DNA of 64,000 nt from Bacteroidota bacterium (GCA_031412295.1 JANOCU010000008.1:100921-164920), one strand, 5' to 3'. Positions 1 through 9,903 are shown, counted from the first letter of the stretch. Made by a program: numbers and translations. Notes: generated by a model from the sequence alone, not told the origin.

Positions 1-1807
1 TTACAATCTGCATATTGTCCTGCGAATTAAAAAGCGAAACAAGTTCATTCAGCTCCTCACTCACTTTTTTGAAATCGTACGTCGGCACTTTTGCAATCAT
101 TATTTTTTCATGATGCGTCGGTAATGTATTCTCTTTATCATTCAATAATTCTTCATACAATTTTTCACCCGGACGCAAACCGGTAGTTACAATTTCAATA
201 TCGCGGCCAATCGTTAATCCCGAAAGCTGGATCATTTTTTTCGCGAGATCAATAATCTTCACCGATTTCCCCATGTCAAAAATCAGGATTTCACCGCCAT
301 TTCCCATGCAGCCGGCTTCAAGAACCAAACGGCATGCTTCAGGAATTGTCATAAAATAACGCGTGATCTTCGGGTCAGTGATCGTAACAGGTCCGCCGTT
401 TTCTATCTGCTGCCTGAAACGCGGAATCACCGAACCAACAGAGCCCAGCACATTGCCGAAACGTGTCGTGATAAATTTTGTTTGTTTATTCTCATTGCTC
501 AGCGCCTGCGTATAAATTTCTGCAATGCGTTTCGAAGCGCCCATTACGTTTGTCGGGTTCACCGCCTTATCCGTAGAGATCATCACGAATTTTTCTACGT
601 TGTACAGAACAGAAAGATCAGCAGTGATTTTTGTTCCGAGCACATTCGTCAGGATCGATTCCGATGGATTGTTTTCCATCATCGGCACATGTTTGTATGC
701 GGCAGCGTGATAAACCAATTGCGGACGAAATGTGTTGAATACATTTTCCATTCGCTCTTTGCTGCGCACATCGCCGATCACCACTTCGAATGTAAGCTGG
801 CTTTGTGTATCCGCAAGTTCCAGCTGCAGGTCGTGCAACGGTGATTCTGCATTGTCGAGCAGGATCAATTTGCCCGGATCAAATTTTGAAATCTGTCGCA
901 CCAGCTCACTGCCGATCGAACCGGCAGCGCCTGTGACAAGAATTGTTTTTCCTTTCAGCTGCTCGCGGATATTATCTTCATTCAATTTGATCGGATCACG
1001 CTCGAGCAATTCTTCAATGCGCACTTTGCGTATCTGGCGAAAGCTCAATTCACCGTTGATCCAGTTTTGCACGGGCGGAACAGTTAGCACGCGCGCATTA
1101 TTTTCAAGGCACAGCTCAATAATTTCTTGTCGCCGCGCAGGTGAAATTTGCTGGATCGAAAGGATTACATGCGCCACATCATTTTTTTTCAGCAGCTCCG
1201 GCAATTTCTCCGGGCCCATGATGGTAGTTCCTTCGAGCTTTCTTCCGTATTTCGCAGGATCATCATCAATGAATGCAAGCACGCGGTATTTTGTTCCCGC
1301 ATCACGGTCGAGCGTACGCTTTGTAATGAGTCCCGATTCGCCCGCGCCGAAAATAATGACGCTTCTTTTTCCGCGCGATGGATTTTTTAATTCCATGTAC
1401 ATCGCTTTATAAAGAAGCCTGCTGCCGATCATTCCGAAAGTGGTCGCAAGAAATTCGATGAAAATAATAGAGTGGGGGATAACATACGTTCCGGTGATCA
1501 CGCGGCTCGTCAATTGATTCAGAAGAAAAAATATTCCTGTACCGAGCATGATGGTTACAAGAATTCGTACCGCATCACGCTGCCCCATATAACGCACAAC
1601 CGCCCACGGAATTTTTGCAATAAGAAAGCTGACAAGACGAATGCCGGTGATCAAAGAAAAAACCAGCGGAAATACATCGATCTCTACCTGCGGAATAGAA
1701 AAGTCAAAACGAAGCAGGTAAGCTATAATGATCCCCGCAAATACAATAGCGAGGTCGATCAATAAAACGATCCACCGGGGAGTATAACCTTCATTCAGTT
1801 TAAGCAC
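1..1807 (-). CDS. CapD/WbpM-like polysaccharide biosynthesis protein (membrane-anchored NDP-sugar 4,6-dehydratase/epimerase); 3' end lies beyond the left window edge
   Basis: Edge-truncated, so absent from the ORF track. Manual minus-strand translation is open from a GTG at 1807-1805 down to base 2 (about 602 codons). It shows N-terminal TM helices (WIVLLIDLAIVFAGIIIAYLL), Rossmann motifs VIIFGAGESG and ILVTGAAGSIGSEL, and YHAAAYKHVPMME. The start codon choice is uncertain. Confidence 0.85.
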   Translation of the reverse strand, partial: MLKLNEGYTPRWIVLLIDLAIVFAGIIIAYLLRFDFSIPQVEIDVFPLVFSLITGIRLVSFLIAKIPWAVVRYMGQRDAVRILVTIMLGTGIFFLLNQLTSRVITGTYVIPHSIIFIEFLATTFGMIGSRLLYKAMYMELKNPSRGKRSVIIFGAGESGLITKRTLDRDAGTKYRVLAFIDDDPAKYGRKLEGTTIMGPEKLPELLKKNDVAHVILSIQQISPARRQEIIELCLENNARVLTVPPVQNWINGELSFRQIRKVRIEELLERDPIKLNEDNIREQLKGKTILVTGAAGSIGSELVRQISKFDPGKLILLDNAESPLHDLQLELADTQSQLTFEVVIGDVRSKERMENVFNTFRPQLVYHAAAYKHVPMMENNPSESILTNVLGTKITADLSVLYNVEKFVMISTDKAVNPTNVMGASKRIAEIYTQALSNENKQTKFITTRFGNVLGSVGSVIPRFRQQIENGGPVTITDPKITRYFMTIPEACRLVLEAGCMGNGGEILIFDMGKSVKIIDLAKKMIQLSGLTIGRDIEIVTTGLRPGEKLYEELLNDKENTLPTHHEKIMIAKVPTYDFKKVSEELNELVSLFNSQDNMQIV

Positions 1808-1830
1808 AATTGTAAAGATAAGGGAATCAG

Positions 1831-1920
1831 GATTCGAAGATTTGAAAATTCGAAAATTTGAAGATTCGAATAATGTACGACGTGGAATTTTCCAATTTTA
1901 GAATGTTCGAATTATTCGAA
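1831..1920. repeat. Intergenic word array built on ttcgaa/attcgaa units with 10-bp inverted ends
   Basis: gattcgaagatttgaaaattcgaaaatttgaagattcgaataat ... attattcgaa. The inverted ends are ttcgaataat (1865-1874) and attattcgaa (1911-1920). A tgtacga word sits in the centre. Confidence 0.85.
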
Positions 1921-2457
1921 TTATTTCTTCTGAATATATTTCTCTAAAACAGATAATAATTCATCCGGCTTTTGAGTTCCGATGCGATAAATAAATCCGT
2001 CTCTTGTTGTCATCTCAACTGCTTCATTTCCGTAAGTATAAAAACGAACGCGGCCCTTGCTGTGCAGGTTATACACCGGGCGGTTGAAAATGGAGGGACG
2101 AAAACGAATCTTTTTTGCAGATGCAATTCCTTTCAGATCAACACGCACTTTTTTTGATGATAAGCTTCCGTCGATAAAAACTGCGCCTTCTTTTATCGTG
2201 GTTTTCATATGCAAAATGAAAAGCAGCAAAGCCGATAAAAAAAGAATTGCAATTCCGAGAAGAAAAAATAATTGTCCCGAATCATCTCTTCCCGGGTATT
2301 CACCAATACGGAAAAGCTCCAGGTTCACAGGCTTCGGATTTTGCGACCAGTAATACGCCACAAAACAAAACACAGCCAGTAAAAGTCGGCGCACGAGCGA
2401 ATGTTTATTCAATCCGTGGTATTGCTTCTCCTCGAAGAATGGTGATTCAGGCGCCAT
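1921..2457 (-). CDS. Hypothetical membrane protein
   Basis: 178-aa ORF with hydrophobic segments LLLAVFCFVAYYW and LFFLLGIAILFLSALLLFILH followed by a soluble C-terminal part. It overlaps the tilS stop by 11 bp. No family recognised. Confidence 0.5.
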   Translation of the reverse strand: MAPESPFFEEKQYHGLNKHSLVRRLLLAVFCFVAYYWSQNPKPVNLELFRIGEYPGRDDSGQLFFLLGIAILFLSALLLFILHMKTTIKEGAVFIDGSLSSKKVRVDLKGIASAKKIRFRPSIFNRPVYNLHSKGRVRFYTYGNEAVEMTTRDGFIYRIGTQKPDELLSVLEKYIQKK

Positions 2458-3754
2458 AATTCTCCGGGTTGAATTTTAAACGTATAACAGCAGCAGTTTT
2501 TTTTGTGATGCGGAATTTATCAGCAATGCGATAGCCGGGAATCCACACAATTTCATCACCCGAAAGAATAACAGGTGCGCGTTCTTTTTTGTGCGTAGGC
2601 AATTTCATCTCGTTCAGAATATCGCTTACGTTTTTATGACCGTTCATGCCGAATGGAATTAAAGAATCACCTTCTTTCCACGTGCGCATGATTAAAGGCA
2701 AAATTACCAATGACGAATCAACCAGCGCCGACCATTTTTCATTCGGAATTTCATTCGGAATTTCTTCTTTCACAAAGCTGAATGCATCGGTAAGCGTTGT
2801 AGCCGGACTGTCTTTTTTTACAAGAAAAAGAAATTCACGGTCGCGGATCAATCGGTGCGAAGATGAAATTAATTCTGCGCCCGTTTCACCGTTAAGAATA
2901 GTTGAAATTGATGCCGATGCGAATTCAGGAAAACCATTTTTGCGTAAGAAGAAGCGCAGGTAAATTTCTGCTTCTGAAAAACCCCGGATTGCAGCAATTG
3001 AAATTTTCGTTTCGTTTGGATTCAAAATTTCGCAGCAGGTTTTTTCCCAATGGTCCATCGCTGCACCGATCAGCTTTTCAGATTCTTCTAAACGGTTAAA
3101 GCTGGCCTGGAATCCATCGTAAGTCTGCGGAATTTCTTTCATCAGCCACGGTAAAAGATGGTGACGAAAACGATTGCGTGTATATTTATCCGATTCATTG
3201 CTGCTGTCTTCCCGCCATGCTATATTATGTTCAGCGGCATAAGCAACAATTTCATCACGCGTAGTAAAAAGCATCGGCCGGATTAAATTTTTCTGCACAG
3301 GAGAAATTCCGGTAAGTCCTTTCACCCCTGTTCCGCGCGCAAAATTCAGCAAGGCCGTTTCAATTGAATCATCTTTATGATGTGCAGTAACAATTTTGCT
3401 GTAGCCATGTTGTTTGCAGCAAGCTTCAAAAAAATTATAGCGGATATTACGCGCTGCTGCCTGTATGGAATTTTCTCCGCTTGAAGCAAATGTTTCTTCG
3501 GTGCAACGTTCGAGGTAAAAAGGAGCATTCAGTTTTGTTGCAAGCTCCGAAACAAATTTTTCATCGTCATCCGATTCTTTCCCGCGCAATCGATAATTCA
3601 CATGCGCAATTGCAAAATCAATTTTATTCTTCACCAGCAAATCGCAAAGCACAACCGAATCCACGCCCCCGCTCACCGCAGCAAGCACAGGTTCCCCGGC
3701 TAAATAACCGCAAGAAGCAAAAAGGAAGTCATAGAATTGGTCCGGCCTGAGCAT
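2447..3754 (-). CDS. tilS: tRNA(Ile)-lysidine synthase
   Basis: 435 aa with the PP-loop motif SGGVDSVVL near the N-terminus. Overall TilS-like layout with a C-terminal substrate-binding region. Confidence 0.9.
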   Translation of the reverse strand: MLRPDQFYDFLFASCGYLAGEPVLAAVSGGVDSVVLCDLLVKNKIDFAIAHVNYRLRGKESDDDEKFVSELATKLNAPFYLERCTEETFASSGENSIQAAARNIRYNFFEACCKQHGYSKIVTAHHKDDSIETALLNFARGTGVKGLTGISPVQKNLIRPMLFTTRDEIVAYAAEHNIAWREDSSNESDKYTRNRFRHHLLPWLMKEIPQTYDGFQASFNRLEESEKLIGAAMDHWEKTCCEILNPNETKISIAAIRGFSEAEIYLRFFLRKNGFPEFASASISTILNGETGAELISSSHRLIRDREFLFLVKKDSPATTLTDAFSFVKEEIPNEIPNEKWSALVDSSLVILPLIMRTWKEGDSLIPFGMNGHKNVSDILNEMKLPTHKKERAPVILSGDEIVWIPGYRIADKFRITKKTAAVIRLKFNPENYGA

Positions 3755-3761
3755 TGGTAAA

Positions 3762-3905
3762 GTTAGTTGTTTGTTGTTTGTTGTTTGATGTTAGTTGTTT
3801 TGGCATTAAGATTTTGTTTTTCGCTCATTAATTCAATCCTTGAACTACTACCACAAACCACAAACAATCCATTTATGAACAACAAACGACTAACAACAAA
3901 CAACC
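3762..3905. repeat. Inverted pair of heptamer arrays (gttgttt / caaacaa) filling the tilS-pabB spacer
   Basis: The left side reads gttagttgtttgttgtttgttgtttgatgttagttgtttt. The right side reads ccacaaaccacaaacaa...aacaacaaacgactaacaacaaacaacc. The arms are imperfectly complementary. ORFs 3763..3963 and 3767..4000 are just translations of it. Confidence 0.85.
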
Positions 3906-3908
3906 TTT

Positions 3909-5186
3909 TCAACCAATTTCTAATCCCAAGGATTGAAACAACGTTTTCGCCTTTAACAAACATTCCGCATACTCCTTCTCCGGGTCAGACTTTGCTGTAA
4001 TGGCACTTCCAACCATCAGAGACAAATAGCCGGTTTTCGCATTGTACTGAATGCTCCGGATCACCACATTAAAATCGAAATTCATTTCCGGCGTAAAATA
4101 TCCAGTCGCACCTGAATACAGTCCGCGTTTCATATTTTCAAAATCTTCCGTGAGCTGCATCGCCCTGATCTTTGGTGCGCCGGTCATTGATCCCATTGGA
4201 AAAGCATTTTTAATCGCTTCCACCGGGTGAATTGTTTCGTCAAGAACTGCAGTCACCGTCGAGATCATTTGGTGTACGTTTTTGAACGAATGGATTCCGA
4301 AAAGCTCTTCCACTTTCACGCTTCCTTTTTTTGCAGAGCGGGAAAGATCATTGCGTACAAGATCCACGATCATCACATTTTCACTGCGCTCTTTCGGGTC
4401 GTTAAGCAATTCGGTTTTTAATGCTTCATCTTCTTCCTTGCTTTTTCCTCTTGGCCGCGTGCCTTTGATCGGTTGTGAAATTAATTTATCGTCCTCCTTT
4501 TTTAAAAACCGTTCCGGGCTCGCGCACATCAGCCATTGATCGTGGTATTTATACAACACTGAAAATGGCGCTTCACACAGCTCATTTAATTTACGGTAAA
4601 CAGCAAGAGGGTCAATTGAAACATTTTCCGCGTAAAATTCAATGCAATAATTTATCTCGTAAATATCACCCCGGTGAATATGCGCAAGAAGTGCATTGAC
4701 AGTTGAAATGTATTGCTCCTTTGTTGTGCGCTCCTGCAATGTAAATTGCTGTTCCTGGTTTTTATTTTCATCAGCATGGTTAAAAATGCGAAGGAAATCT
4801 GCAGGAAGAATTTTGTTTTCGGGGACAATCCTGAAATCATCTTTTGTTTTAACCAGCATTAATTCCGGGTTAAAAAAATAAGCCGCAGGAAATTCCATTC
4901 CTGAAAAATGGCGTGAAGAAAGTGTTTCTACCACATTCTTCAGCTCATAGCTGAAATGACCAAAAGCAGTTGCATTTCCCGAAAGAAATTCTTCCAGCTG
5001 CTTAAAAACACGTGCATCTTCATTACCGATAAATTCATTTTCCACGCCGAAACCTGCCATCCATTCAAAAGCACCGTTTTCACTGTTATCCTGGAAAATT
5101 ATTCCCACTTCATTTGTGCTGAAAAGGGAATACAGCTCCGATGGAAGTAAGCTTAATGATGAACGTTTCGTTTCAGTTTGATTCAC
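3909..5186 (-). CDS. pabB: Aminodeoxychorismate synthase component I / anthranilate synthase component I family protein
   Basis: 425 aa with chorismate-binding signatures PERFLK and GSMTGAPKIRAM. The short N-terminus is typical of PabB-type enzymes. Confidence 0.75.
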   Translation of the reverse strand: MNQTETKRSSLSLLPSELYSLFSTNEVGIIFQDNSENGAFEWMAGFGVENEFIGNEDARVFKQLEEFLSGNATAFGHFSYELKNVVETLSSRHFSGMEFPAAYFFNPELMLVKTKDDFRIVPENKILPADFLRIFNHADENKNQEQQFTLQERTTKEQYISTVNALLAHIHRGDIYEINYCIEFYAENVSIDPLAVYRKLNELCEAPFSVLYKYHDQWLMCASPERFLKKEDDKLISQPIKGTRPRGKSKEEDEALKTELLNDPKERSENVMIVDLVRNDLSRSAKKGSVKVEELFGIHSFKNVHQMISTVTAVLDETIHPVEAIKNAFPMGSMTGAPKIRAMQLTEDFENMKRGLYSGATGYFTPEMNFDFNVVIRSIQYNAKTGYLSLMVGSAITAKSDPEKEYAECLLKAKTLFQSLGLEIG

Positions 5187-5438
5187 GCATCAAAATTAGA
5201 AGTAAGTCCCGGAAAAAGGTTAATTTTTATCTTCAATTCCTACACCTGTGTCTGATCAATTTTAGAGAGAAAGTTGAAAATTGTATGGATTAATGCATTT
5301 ATTGTTTGAAACTTCCCGCTAAATGTTTGAAAAACGTCATTTAGCTATTGACTTTATCGGTTAGTTGTCTTATTTTTCGTTTGGCTAACACTCCCGTGTT
5401 ATAACACCCTGTTTGATTAATTTTTATAAACCAGAAAT

Positions 5439-7031
5439 ATGAAGACAAGACTACACGCAATTGCAGGTCTGATTGGAGTGTCATTTTTAATTAACACAAC
5501 CTCTTCGGCACAGAATGTCGCTATAAATTCAACCGGCGCAGCGCCCAATGCATCAGCTATGCTGGACATTTCTTCCGTTACAATGGGAGTTTTGATTCCG
5601 CGTATGACAACTGCTCAACGCTCAGCCATAGCAGCACCTGCCACCGGTTTACAGGTTTACGATACTACCACAGGAAGCTTCTGGTATTTTAACGGAACAA
5701 TCTGGGTTCAATTCGCCTCCGGCGCCACCGACTGGGCTTTGCTTGGAAATACAGGAACCAATCCTGCTATACATTTTGTGGGTACAACAGACGCTGTCGA
5801 TCTCGTTTTCCGCACAGGTAATACGGAGCGCATGCGTATGGTCAACTCCACAGGTAATTTAGGAATTAATACTACGACACCAACGGCAAGATTGCAGGCT
5901 GTGGCTACTGCAGCTGTCGGGAATACCGCTATTTCAGGAACTATTGCTGCGCAGGGTTCAGGCCATCTGGCTTATTATAATACTATTGCATTAGGTGCAT
6001 TCGGATCCCTGCCAAGCGCGCTCGTTTTTGCTGATGAAGCAGCTGCAGGAAATTCGCCTGCGCTCGTTTCCCGCTCAATGAATCCTGCCTCCTATTCGGC
6101 AGCCATTTCTTTTTCCAATGTATGGATCGCAGGTTATTATGGTGTTGATAATCCTTCCAATGCGCTTAATCCTTCTTCCCTGTATGGTCAGCTCAATGTT
6201 ACAAACAATACGCTCGGTGGATTTCAATCTGCGGTACGTGGTTATAATAACAGAACTGCTACCGGAAATCCTGGTTATACAATCGGTTTGCTTGGAACAG
6301 CGAATGCAGGTACGCAGGATGGAATGGGTGTGATGGGTGAATATTTCGGAACAGCCGCGGGGGTTCGTACAGGCGGATATTTTAGTGCCGGTGCTAATTA
6401 CAGCTATGTTGCTGAAAACGTAACGAACAGGAAAATTGTCGGCGCAGGAACTGTATCCGAAATTATTTCAACACCTGACCATGGCCGTATTACACTTACT
6501 TGTCCTGAGTCACCGGAATACTGGTACATCGATTATGGCACAGTTCAATTGGTAAATGGAAGAGCACACGTAGAGCTTGATCCGATCCTTATGGATGTGA
6601 TCGTTGTAGATCCGGCAAATCCGTTGAAAGTAATTACACAGGTAAATATTGTGGAATGCAATGGTGTTGCTGTAATCAATAAAACTGCAACCGGTTTTGA
6701 TATTGTTGAACTACGTGGTGGCACAAGCAGTGGTGAGATCGATTACCAGATTGTTGCAAAACCGAAAACGAATTATGGTGAAGGACGTTTTCCGCAAGCT
6801 CCCGGACCTGCATTTGTAAAAGGCAACGAGCCTGCACAAGCGAAAGCGGCTAATTCCGGTAACAGAACAACAATGTACCGCTGGCCTGCAGACTGGGAAG
6901 TTTATAATTACGATCCTGCAGCACTTACTAAAATAGGTGATATTGTTCCTGCCGGTCCGCACGCAGGTAAATACAAAATCGCAGAAGGTGTTTATAGCGA
7001 TCATATGCCTATTGAAGCTCCGAAACGTTAA
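5439..7031 (+). CDS. Secreted hypothetical protein
   Basis: Signal peptide MKTRLHAIAGLIGVSFLINTTSSAQ. The N-terminal module GVLIPRMTTAQRSAIAAPATGLQVYDTTTGSFWYFNG resembles modules I recall from Bacteroidota surface proteins. No T9SS tail is evident. Confidence 0.6.
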   Translation: MKTRLHAIAGLIGVSFLINTTSSAQNVAINSTGAAPNASAMLDISSVTMGVLIPRMTTAQRSAIAAPATGLQVYDTTTGSFWYFNGTIWVQFASGATDWALLGNTGTNPAIHFVGTTDAVDLVFRTGNTERMRMVNSTGNLGINTTTPTARLQAVATAAVGNTAISGTIAAQGSGHLAYYNTIALGAFGSLPSALVFADEAAAGNSPALVSRSMNPASYSAAISFSNVWIAGYYGVDNPSNALNPSSLYGQLNVTNNTLGGFQSAVRGYNNRTATGNPGYTIGLLGTANAGTQDGMGVMGEYFGTAAGVRTGGYFSAGANYSYVAENVTNRKIVGAGTVSEIISTPDHGRITLTCPESPEYWYIDYGTVQLVNGRAHVELDPILMDVIVVDPANPLKVITQVNIVECNGVAVINKTATGFDIVELRGGTSSGEIDYQIVAKPKTNYGEGRFPQAPGPAFVKGNEPAQAKAANSGNRTTMYRWPADWEVYNYDPAALTKIGDIVPAGPHAGKYKIAEGVYSDHMPIEAPKR

Positions 7032-7062
7032 GGTTTTTTTTGGTTGTAAATGTTTTTGAATT

Positions 7063-8640
7063 ATGAAGAACGCACTAGCAGCTTTACTGGTTTTTTGCAG
7101 CTCCGGAATCTTTTCGCAGGGCATTATAAATAACGGCGCGCATATTGTTTTTGACGGACCAGCTTATATTGTAATGAGCACTCCCGCCGGAAATTACCTA
7201 AGTCAGAACGGGGGAATAATCGACAATATCGCTGTCGGAGGTACAATGTATATTCCTAATGACTGGATAAATAATTCTGCAAATAATGGTTTCAGTAATG
7301 ATGGTACAGCCGTTGCGTTATACGGCGGTACACAGTCCATCGGTGGAACTACACCAACTTATTTCTACAGTATTTATTGCATCAGTGTAGGAAGTAAGGT
7401 GTTGAATATTAATACAACCGTCGGAGGGCAAAATCTTTTTAATGGTCAGCTCGTGCTTGGTTCATCGGTTCATCCGTTTGATTTAAACGGTTACCGCCTT
7501 GATGTTACCAATCCATTACCCGGCGCAATTTCTTATTCTTCGGGGTATATTATCAGCGAAACAAATGCGTCGCTTAATCCAAGTGTGGTGAGATGGAATG
7601 TTGGTGCAAATGCCGGTTCGTATATTATTCCTTTCGGATTGGCCGGCACACAAATTCCATTTACGTTCAACATTACTTCTCCAATGGCTGCCGGAACAGA
7701 TTACGTGGATGTTTCAACACGCGCGACAGCAGCTACTTCAAATACACCCTGGGCGAATACAGTAACACATATGTTTTCGCCGAACCTCGGGCAGGATGGT
7801 TCTGATGAAGCGGTAATTGATCGCTGGTGGGAATTGACCTTTTCAAATGCAGCAACTTCATCGCTTACTTTTTCTTACCTCGGAGCTGAAAACACGATGC
7901 AGGTTCCTTATAACACTGGAAATGTCGGTGCGCAATGGTGGGCAACAGGATGGTTTCCGAATAACGCGAACGTAGGTTCTGCACCTGCTGTAACTGCCGG
8001 TGTTGGCTCTGTAACAGCAACAGGAATTGTTTTTCCTGCGAATACATACAGGCCGATGGTGCTTTCTTCTTTAAGCGCGCCATTGCCAATCGAGCTCATC
8101 AGCTTTAAGTCGAATTGTGTAAAAGATCAGCAGCAAATTACCTGGTCAACAGCTTCAGAAACGAATAATGATTTTTTCACTGTTGAACGAAGCGATGATG
8201 GTGTTACTTTCCGCGATATCGGAACAGTGAACGGTCACGGAACCACAACACAATTTCACCAGTACAATTTTACTGATCCACAGCCTGTTTTGTCTGCTGC
8301 TTATTATCGTTTACGTCAAACCGATTATAACGGGCAATCCACCACATCCACAATTATTGTTGGTGAAAAATGCGGATCATACAGCACGAATTTCATCGAC
8401 GCATATTCTTCCGGATCAGCAATTACAATTCTACTGGATAATACATTTGAATCGGCTTACAAAGCTGAATTGTATGATGCACAGGGGAAGCTTGTTATTT
8501 CGCAAAATTTTGATTCAGGAATCGGTGCGAATCGTTTCACGTTGAATGACAAACTTCCTGCAACAGGAATTTACCTGCTTACCGTAGCCGGAAGTCACGG
8601 AGAAACTTTTTCTAAGAAATTGTTTGTTGCTGCGGAATAG
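7063..8640 (+). CDS. Secreted protein with T9SS C-terminal sorting domain
   Basis: Signal peptide MKNALAALLVFCSSGIFSQ. The last ~80 aa (…YKAELYDAQGKLV…ATGIYLLTVAGSHGETFSKKLFV) fit the Por secretion tail pattern. Confidence 0.7.
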   Translation: MKNALAALLVFCSSGIFSQGIINNGAHIVFDGPAYIVMSTPAGNYLSQNGGIIDNIAVGGTMYIPNDWINNSANNGFSNDGTAVALYGGTQSIGGTTPTYFYSIYCISVGSKVLNINTTVGGQNLFNGQLVLGSSVHPFDLNGYRLDVTNPLPGAISYSSGYIISETNASLNPSVVRWNVGANAGSYIIPFGLAGTQIPFTFNITSPMAAGTDYVDVSTRATAATSNTPWANTVTHMFSPNLGQDGSDEAVIDRWWELTFSNAATSSLTFSYLGAENTMQVPYNTGNVGAQWWATGWFPNNANVGSAPAVTAGVGSVTATGIVFPANTYRPMVLSSLSAPLPIELISFKSNCVKDQQQITWSTASETNNDFFTVERSDDGVTFRDIGTVNGHGTTTQFHQYNFTDPQPVLSAAYYRLRQTDYNGQSTTSTIIVGEKCGSYSTNFIDAYSSGSAITILLDNTFESAYKAELYDAQGKLVISQNFDSGIGANRFTLNDKLPATGIYLLTVAGSHGETFSKKLFVAAE

Positions 8641-9661
8641 AGTTATTTTCCTTCAGCAATAACGCTTTCACACCATCAACCCATTCTTCGCGCGAATTTA
8701 AGCTTGGCACCAGCTGGATTTTTTCTCCGCCATGCTCACGGAAAATTTCGTTGTATTCGGTTCCGATCTCGTAAATTGTTTCCAGGCAATCCGCAACAAA
8801 TGCAGGTGAGAATGCAAGAATTTTTTTCTTCCCTTCTTTCGCAAGCCGCTCGATTTCATGATCTGAATATGGCTTTATCCACGGATCACGACCTAAACGT
8901 GATTGGAAAGCAATGGTATAATCTTCTTTCTTAATATTTAATCTTGCAGCGATCGCCATTGCAGTCTGCACACAGTTCGCGCGGTAGCAATATTGATTTC
9001 CTTCTCTCGGAATTTCGCAACATTTTCCGAGACTGCATTTTCCGTCTCCGTAATGCGCATCACTTTTACGAATATGTCGCTCTGGCAATCCATGAAAGCT
9101 GAACAGCACGTGATCGTAATCGGCAGGATTAAATTCTTTTGCAGAAGCGACAACAGCGTTTAAATATTCTTCACGATGATGAAAACGCGAAATAATTTTT
9201 ACTTCAGGCGTTACTTCCCATGATCCGAAAAGTTTCATCAATGCTTCTATTGTGGAACCTGTCGACGAAGAAGCATATTGCGGATAAAGTGGAAGCGCAA
9301 TAATTTTTGTCACTTTTGCTTTGCGCAATTCCTCAAGCGCAGATTCGATCGACGGACTTTGATAGCGCATACCGAAAGCAACTAAAAATTTATCGCCGAG
9401 TTTTTCCTGCAGCTTTTTTTTCAAATCAATTCCATGCGTAAGTAAAGGCGAACCTTCTTTGGTCCAGATCTTTTCATACAGCTTCGCAGATTTGGGAGCG
9501 CGGGTAGGAGCGATGATGCAATTGATAAGAAGCCAGCGTGAAACAGGATGAATATCAATCACACGCGCATCCATCAAAAATTCGCGCAGATATTTCCGAA
9601 CGTCACTGGTAGCAGGACTATCCGGAGTGCCAAGGTTGATTAATAAAATTCCTGTTTTCAT
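8612..9661 (-). CDS. hemH: Ferrochelatase
   Basis: 349 aa. N-terminus GILLINLGTPDSP, with full-length resemblance to HemH. Confidence 0.9.
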   Translation of the reverse strand: MKTGILLINLGTPDSPATSDVRKYLREFLMDARVIDIHPVSRWLLINCIIAPTRAPKSAKLYEKIWTKEGSPLLTHGIDLKKKLQEKLGDKFLVAFGMRYQSPSIESALEELRKAKVTKIIALPLYPQYASSSTGSTIEALMKLFGSWEVTPEVKIISRFHHREEYLNAVVASAKEFNPADYDHVLFSFHGLPERHIRKSDAHYGDGKCSLGKCCEIPREGNQYCYRANCVQTAMAIAARLNIKKEDYTIAFQSRLGRDPWIKPYSDHEIERLAKEGKKKILAFSPAFVADCLETIYEIGTEYNEIFREHGGEKIQLVPSLNSREEWVDGVKALLLKENNSIPQQQTIS

Positions 9662-9702
9662 AAGGATGCAAAAGTAGGAAGAAAAGTTGGTGGTAGGGGA
9701 AG

Positions 9703-9778
9703 GGTTGGTGGTTGTAAAAGGTTGGTGGTTGATTCAAAATTCAACATTTATCCCACCAACCTTTTACAACGACCAACC
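9703..9778. repeat. 26-bp inverted repeat (1 mismatch) of ggttggt words with a 24-nt loop, directly upstream of hemH
   Basis: Left arm ggttggtggttgtaaaaggttggtgg (9703-9728) pairs with right arm ccaccaaccttttacaacgaccaacc (9753-9778). The loop contains attcaaaattcaacatt, a motif also present at 39790-39813 (other strand) and 45715-45730. Confidence 0.9.
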
Positions 9779-9789
9779 TCTCCAAAAAA

Positions 9790-9830
9790 TGTACGATTTA
9801 CGTCCGCCGCGTCGGATACGATGTACGATT
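9790..9830. repeat. GC-rich core hairpin tccgccgcgtcgga flanked by direct tgtacga words
   Basis: Sequence tgtacgatttacg-tccgccgcgtcgga-tacgatgtacgatt, with the core at 9803-9816. Confidence 0.85.
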
Positions 9831-9864
9831 GGATTTTTTAATTTATAACCAATCACTTTCAAGC

Positions 9865-9903
9865 AATCACCAATCACCTCCGCCGCGGCGGACACCAATC
9901 ACC
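9865..9903. repeat. 39-bp repeat copy 1: caccaat words around the palindrome tccgccgcggcgga
   Basis: aatcaccaatcacctccgccgcggcggacaccaatcacc is identical to 23770-23808 and in the same orientation. The 14-bp perfect palindrome lies at 9879-9892. Confidence 0.9.

Noticed and set aside
482-1412. Plus-strand ORFs 482..844 (120 aa), 732..1412 (226 aa) and 1148..1390.
   Set aside because: They lie antisense to a clearly recognisable CapD/WbpM-like gene that is open on the minus strand across the whole region. Their translations are low-complexity with no motifs.
3763-4000. ORFs 3763..3963 (-) and 3767..4000 (+) in the tilS-pabB spacer.
   Set aside because: They are translations of gttgttt/caaacaa heptamer arrays (…TNNPFMNNKRLTTNN…). 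They overlap the pabB 3' end and have no start context.
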